DNA of 64,000 nucleotides from a virus (Duplodnaviria; Heunggongvirae; Uroviricota; Caudoviricetes): IMG/VR virus record IMGVR_UViG_3300015177_000008, positions 1 to 64,000 of that record; one strand, 5' to 3'. Shown piece by piece: positions 59,707 to 64,000 of this stretch (position 1 is its first letter; each line of letters starts with the position of its first letter). The notes under the pieces were generated by a model. It saw only the letters and a program-made list of their open reading frames with translations, ran no database searches and was not told where the DNA came from. The position numbers and the translations under genes were made by a program.

Positions 59707-60497
59707 TTTTTATCTCCTTTTACTGGTCGTTTGGACGGTGTGAAGATGGCAGCTTCAACATCCCACCCCCTCAAAATTCGCTGCGAGATAATGGTCGCAG
59801 TCAAGCCAACCTCTCTAGCCCATTCGGTAATTCGCTGAGTTCTGCCGCGACACTCGATCAGACGCTTACTATCTCGGTTGGCATACGTGTCGACGCTGGC
59901 GTTAAGCGCGCGATCTAATGGCCACCCTTTCTTGATTCGATAGTGAAGAGTTGATGTCTGAATCCCGGCTCTTTTAGCCCATTGTGAGAGAGTCAGCTTT
60001 TCCCCCTTATGCTCCAAAATTAAGTTTGAACGCGTGTTATTGGCCTGTTCTTCAAAAGTCGCCCATCTGCAATTTTCAGGTTCGTAGTCACCATTCACAT
60101 CTTTGCGATCAAGAGACATCCCCTCTGGTCGCTCTCCCATGTCAGCATAAAAGTTTTCAAATATTTGCCACCGCTCGCAGACTTTGATACCTCGGCCGCC
60201 ATACCACTTATAGGCGTGATGGGTTGGTTTTTCACATCGTTCCCGCATACCCAGCCATATACGATAAATTGGCGTTTTACTCATACCATGAGGCTTTACG
60301 CTACGGCGATGTGCGTTGTAGACACAGCCACACGATATTGTCGCCCCGTGATTTAGCTTCCCGTAACTAACCAGACAGGTGTTGCCGCAATCGCAGATGC
60401 AATCCCAAAGTCGCCCTTGTTTGTTTGAAATACCGGAATATTTAAGTGCAACCAACTTTCCAAAACGTTTACCTGTTATATCTACCGGTTGTCCCAT
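59703..60497 (-). CDS. zinc-ribbon / HNH_3-like DNA-binding protein
   Basis: Cys cluster CICDCGNTC..CGC and NGDYEPENCRWAT..EQANN resembling the HNH_3/AP2-associated motif. Confidence 0.4.
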   Translation of the reverse strand: MGQPVDITGKRFGKLVALKYSGISNKQGRLWDCICDCGNTCLVSYGKLNHGATISCGCVYNAHRRSVKPHGMSKTPIYRIWLGMRERCEKPTHHAYKWYGGRGIKVCERWQIFENFYADMGERPEGMSLDRKDVNGDYEPENCRWATFEEQANNTRSNLILEHKGEKLTLSQWAKRAGIQTSTLHYRIKKGWPLDRALNASVDTYANRDSKRLIECRGRTQRITEWAREVGLTATIISQRILRGWDVEAAIFTPSKRPVKGDKK

Positions 60498-60506
60498 TAC
60501 TACTCC

Positions 60507-60926
60507 TTACAACTTCTTAGCGCCCTTGAGTAGTGCACTACGTACAAATTGAGCCGCTTTTTTCAAAGTTTCTTCACTGGTTTCACAGACAATCGGATCT
60601 TTCCACTTACCTGACGCAGTATTGAGAATATTGATTTGGTTGCTATCCAGACAAACAGAGATATAAAGCACCGTGCCACCAGCCAGCATCAAATGCATAG
60701 GAAACAGAGGCTTTTTACTGTCTTCACTGAACTGAGACATGGCGATGTTAATGGCTTCACCCACTTGTGTACCAACAAGCCCCTGCGCAGTTTCGAATAT
60801 GGCACGAATAGCCAGACGAGCCTCTCGATCGCTCATAAGCGACCGGGAATGTTCGTCCGCTACACGAATCAAAGCCTCTGTTGTTTTCCGATCCAGTTCA
60901 TCTTCAAGCAACATTTCACTAAACAT
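60507..60926 (-). CDS. hypothetical protein
   Basis: 139-aa ORF. Confidence 0.35.
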   Translation of the reverse strand: MFSEMLLEDELDRKTTEALIRVADEHSRSLMSDREARLAIRAIFETAQGLVGTQVGEAINIAMSQFSEDSKKPLFPMHLMLAGGTVLYISVCLDSNQINILNTASGKWKDPIVCETSEETLKKAAQFVRSALLKGAKKL

Positions 60927-60987
60927 TTTTTATCCTTAACCCATTTTGAGAGTTTTATTGTCGCAATGTCGAAGAGGCGAACAATTT

Positions 60988-61632
60988 CTAATGAACGGTC
61001 ACTCGGCCACAGAACCGGTTTTCTATCTTTTCTACAGCGTTATCTAGCATTCTCATCACTGATCTGGCTCTTGCTTCAACCGTGCGATATCGGTTGGAAA
61101 CGACGAAGGTTTGCAGATCCCCCCTTTGCGGATGCAGGTGAATTTTTGTCAGTTCCCCGCACATCAACGCATCAATACGAGCGACATACAGACGGTCTAA
61201 TGATGCTCGTTGTGATCGCAAGTAATCTCGCTCTGAGAGAGCGACTCCCGGGCGTAGGCCAGCAATGGCGTTAAAGTTTGAAATAGCAGTTTTGTGGCAA
61301 AACTTTTCGATATCGAGGGCTAACTCAATACATCGATCTTCATTGGTATGGCCGACCAAATCCAACGTGTAGGCCATAACATCAGCAGGTGTGCGATCGA
61401 TAACAAAGCCTTCAACACCACGCGTAAGTAGCTCTATATGCTTTGCTATTTCCATTTGAATCTGAAGCCGCTCATATAGAGACATAGACTCACCTACTCG
61501 AACACCGAGTCGGCTCATCAAACTTCCGACACCAGCATCCACGTAAGGGATTCCGTAATGTTTGTCGATATATTTTGCCAGGGTTGTTTTCCCACTGCCC
61601 TGAGCACCAGTGATCCCAATCCGGTAATCCAT
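60988..61632 (-). CDS. P-loop NTPase, putative nucleotide kinase
   Basis: Walker A GITGAQGSGKTT at N-terminus; adjacent to DHFR and thymidylate synthase. Confidence 0.5.
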   Translation of the reverse strand: MDYRIGITGAQGSGKTTLAKYIDKHYGIPYVDAGVGSLMSRLGVRVGESMSLYERLQIQMEIAKHIELLTRGVEGFVIDRTPADVMAYTLDLVGHTNEDRCIELALDIEKFCHKTAISNFNAIAGLRPGVALSERDYLRSQRASLDRLYVARIDALMCGELTKIHLHPQRGDLQTFVVSNRYRTVEARARSVMRMLDNAVEKIENRFCGRVTVH

Positions 61633-62108
61633 TACGACCTTCTGTATACGATCTGCGAAAAGCCAGGCTCTTCCTCGCTGGCTCGTTGGGTATAAGCTGT
61701 TTCAACAGGCACAAAGCCTAAATTACGCATCATGCTTGCCGGGAAGAATGCATCGGCGTTTGGCACATCAACGCCGATGTGGGAGAGCCAAATCTCTTCA
61801 ACATGCGGCATGAATAGCGAGTAAATTTGTTCCCCGCCAATCACCCACACAGGCTCTGGTAATCGCAACACATCATCCACACCAGCAGGGTAGAATCCAT
61901 TTGGTACAAAGCCATGAGAGCGCGTCAAAACGAGGTTATGACGCTCTGGAAGAGGGCGTTTGAGACTTTCCATCGTTTTACGCCCCATAACGACAGTGGC
62001 GTTTTTGGTGAGTCTCTTAAATAGCTTCAGATCGGTAGAACAACGCCAGGGCAGTTCGTTCGCTATGCCGATCTCATAGTTACGGCCAACAGCAGCTATC
62101 ATCTTCAT
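61632..62108 (-). CDS. dihydrofolate reductase
   Basis: IAAVGRNYEIGIANELPW, VVMGRKT, VIGG motifs. Confidence 0.85.
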   Translation of the reverse strand: MKMIAAVGRNYEIGIANELPWRCSTDLKLFKRLTKNATVVMGRKTMESLKRPLPERHNLVLTRSHGFVPNGFYPAGVDDVLRLPEPVWVIGGEQIYSLFMPHVEEIWLSHIGVDVPNADAFFPASMMRNLGFVPVETAYTQRASEEEPGFSQIVYRRS

Positions 62109-62566
62109 TTGCTCACCTCATAGATGACCGGTCTATGATGAGAGTCAGCTAAGGCGGCACGGAGTCGAGGATCGTGCACCAGCGCAGCGATAAGCAGATC
62201 GCCTTTATGCTCCGCTAATGTGCGCTTAATATGCTTCTCATAACTGGTGCCATTCGGTACGAGATGAAGCCAGTCATAATCAACGCCAAAATCTTTCAGC
62301 CATCGTTTAGTTGGCGCTTCAAGAGTTTCAGAGCGGCTACTGATAAGCACCACTTCAGCCCCTGAGCGAGCAAAACCACGCAACATACGGCTGGTGGGGA
62401 AAATGAGTTCATCACCGGCAATGAGCTGGCCTGCATCCGCGTCAGATACTGATTTACGATGGCTGGCATTTGCCAGCACACCTTCAATTTCGCATAAGAC
62501 ATACATACCTCTTGCCATATCACACCGCCACTGGAACCTTGATCCACGGTAGAGGGTCATAGCCAA
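62105..62566 (-). CDS. hypothetical protein
   Basis: 153-aa ORF with TTG start in the ORF track; coupled to DHFR. Confidence 0.35.
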   Translation of the reverse strand: MAMTLYRGSRFQWRCDMARGMYVLCEIEGVLANASHRKSVSDADAGQLIAGDELIFPTSRMLRGFARSGAEVVLISSRSETLEAPTKRWLKDFGVDYDWLHLVPNGTSYEKHIKRTLAEHKGDLLIAALVHDPRLRAALADSHHRPVIYEVSK

Positions 62567-63650
62567 GAATTAAAACCTCGTCCCATTTGAAATCATCCAA
62601 CTCTGACCATTCATGAGGGAAAATAACGACCGGATCTGAATGCTCTGGAGCCTGTCGTTTCATTAGCTCACACACACCTTCCATGTGGTTGTTGTACAAA
62701 TGCACGTCAAAGCCAAAATGCACAAATGCACCGGCCATGTGACCCGTAATCTTCGCGAGAAAATGAGTGAGAATGCCATAGCCAGCAATATTGAATGGCA
62801 TACCAACAAAAGTGTCTACGCTACGCTGTACGAGGCAGGAGTTGAGGATGCGTTTGGGGATTCCAAGTTCATCCAGTTCAGCTTCAGTAACACTGCCGTC
62901 CATCTCCAGATCGTATAGCATCTTGGTGTAGATAGACTCGTAACCGAGGCGACTGTGTTGAAGACCAATGTCAGTTGCCATCGTTAAACGGGTTTCAAAA
63001 TCCAGCTCACGACTCCACAAAGAGAAGACAAAGTGGCAAGGTGGCAGTTTCATATCCTCAAGCTCGCCTACGTTCCATGCGTTAAGCATGATGCGACGAT
63101 CGGTAGGGTTCGTGCGCAGTGTATCGACAATACGCTGTAGCTGATCGATTTCACGGGACAGCACTACGCGATCTTCACTGATACCCAGGTATCCCTCGAC
63201 TTTGTACCCGCGTTCACGGAAAGTAGCGATCTTGCTCAGATATTCACTATGGCTCACGATGCGGGTATCTTCCCATCGACGCCACTGCTTACCGGAAACC
63301 GGCCCCAAATCGCCATTCTCATCGGCCCATGCATCCCAAATCTTAACGCCGTTATCCTTGAGAAATTGGATGTTGCCCGTGCCTTTCAGATACCACTCAA
63401 GTTCGACAAGCAGTGGCTTAAGATTTACCGCCTTTCCAGAAATAAGCGGCACAGTCCCACCAGTAAGCATGTAGTAAGAGGGAACGTAGCAGGTGCTTAA
63501 AGTACCAGTGCCTGTGCGATCATCAGCCTGCACGCCGCTTTTAAGCACCGTCTCAATAACTTTTGCATACGATGCGTTTGTTACCTGACCGTTCGTATGC
63601 TCACGATTCAAAAGGAGTGACACAAAAACCTCACAAAGATAAGTAATCAC
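62520..63650 (-). CDS. thymidylate synthase with an internal insertion
   Basis: DRTGTGT, KQWR, LPPCH catalytic Cys, MPFNIAGY motifs; ~376 aa versus ~264 aa for E. coli ThyA; start codon uncertain (non-ATG). Confidence 0.8.
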   Translation of the reverse strand: MITYLCEVFVSLLLNREHTNGQVTNASYAKVIETVLKSGVQADDRTGTGTLSTCYVPSYYMLTGGTVPLISGKAVNLKPLLVELEWYLKGTGNIQFLKDNGVKIWDAWADENGDLGPVSGKQWRRWEDTRIVSHSEYLSKIATFRERGYKVEGYLGISEDRVVLSREIDQLQRIVDTLRTNPTDRRIMLNAWNVGELEDMKLPPCHFVFSLWSRELDFETRLTMATDIGLQHSRLGYESIYTKMLYDLEMDGSVTEAELDELGIPKRILNSCLVQRSVDTFVGMPFNIAGYGILTHFLAKITGHMAGAFVHFGFDVHLYNNHMEGVCELMKRQAPEHSDPVVIFPHEWSELDDFKWDEVLILGYDPLPWIKVPVAV

Positions 63651-63793
63651 TTATTCATTAAGTGAGTTTACATTTATTGAGGGAACAAGGCCAGATAGAT
63701 AAAAAATGGTGGCCTATGGCCACCAAAAACGAATAGTTGCTTCAGGAATTTAACGCGCCAACACAATATACATAGATAGATAACTACCTACAA

Positions 63794-63979
63794 TTATTTT
63801 TTGATCATTCCGTACATTGCTGAGGCTTTAGCTTGCTCAACAAAGGAGGATAAATCGACATCACTATAGGTTGGAGACTTCAGAATCTTTCCATCGGAAA
63901 TTCGAAAACCGATCATCTTATCGGTACCATCAGCATGGCGAAATCCCAGGTCTGAAGAGTCGTATTTGCAGTTGGCCAC
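63794..63979 (-). CDS. hypothetical ORF, possibly truncated by the window end
   Basis: Frame remains open to position 64000. Confidence 0.2.
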   Translation of the reverse strand: MANCKYDSSDLGFRHADGTDKMIGFRISDGKILKSPTYSDVDLSSFVEQAKASAMYGMIKK

Positions 63980-64000
63980 AGCCTGGCGACGTTCCTCGAC

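Larger units (their letters stand above)
44300..64000. mobile_element. second accessory / prophage-like region (adhesin island plus phage early-type genes)
   Basis: All genes on minus strand; phage-type Dam, exonuclease, td/frd module; shares leader motifs and the 22-mer palindrome arm with the left region; extends beyond window end. Confidence 0.5.

Noticed and set aside
62520-63650. ATG start for the thymidylate synthase ORF at 63650
   Set aside because: By my reading the first codon is a GTG about 1 nt offset from the ORF-track coordinate, and a palindrome overlaps this region; the true start is probably downstream, so only the ORF-track span is reported.
1-64000. Integrase and att site for either accessory region
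   Set aside because: No tyrosine or serine recombinase motifs in any ORF and no tRNA; the 377-aa protein at 29514..30647 is an HNH protein, not an integrase.

Overview
Enterobacterial (Escherichia-like) chromosomal window: two accessory regions flank the core pair metG / mrp(apbC) at 40.99-44.28 kb. (1) 1-23.5 kb, all minus strand: late module of a lambda-like siphovirus prophage (side tail fibre partial at the window edge, J, I, K, L, M, tape measure, G/T chaperone pair, major tail protein, connector proteins, Ig-like decoration protein, major capsid, scaffold, portal, TerL, TerS). (2) 23.6-33.8 kb: a translationally coupled operon of two ParB-like proteins, an ABC-type ATPase and a GNAT protein directly upstream of terS; a divergent SF2 helicase operon; and an AT-rich moron island (HNH nuclease protein, lipoprotein, secreted proteins). 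(3) 34-40.9 kb: small, mostly acidic minus-strand ORFs, each with a conserved promoter/leader and hairpin terminator, plus iteron-like repeats and a ~1 kb GT-rich ORF-free stretch. (4) 44.3-64 kb: UmuD-like remnant, a 1416-aa invasin/intimin-family adhesin with MarR and PerC-like regulators upstream, frameshifted methyltransferase genes, TerB-like protein, an RNase HI paralogue, DnaQ-like exonuclease and a kinase / DHFR / thymidylate synthase module. No rRNA, tRNA, CRISPR array or integrase was found. The most unusual signals are the ParB/ParB/ATPase/GNAT operon, a dispersed TAAGTA..TACTTA palindrome family, and a conserved leader (AGAAAACAAnTTGTT) preceding terS and many accessory genes. All protein calls rest on motif recognition by eye from the ORF translations; no database search was run, and motif coordinates may be off by a base or two.
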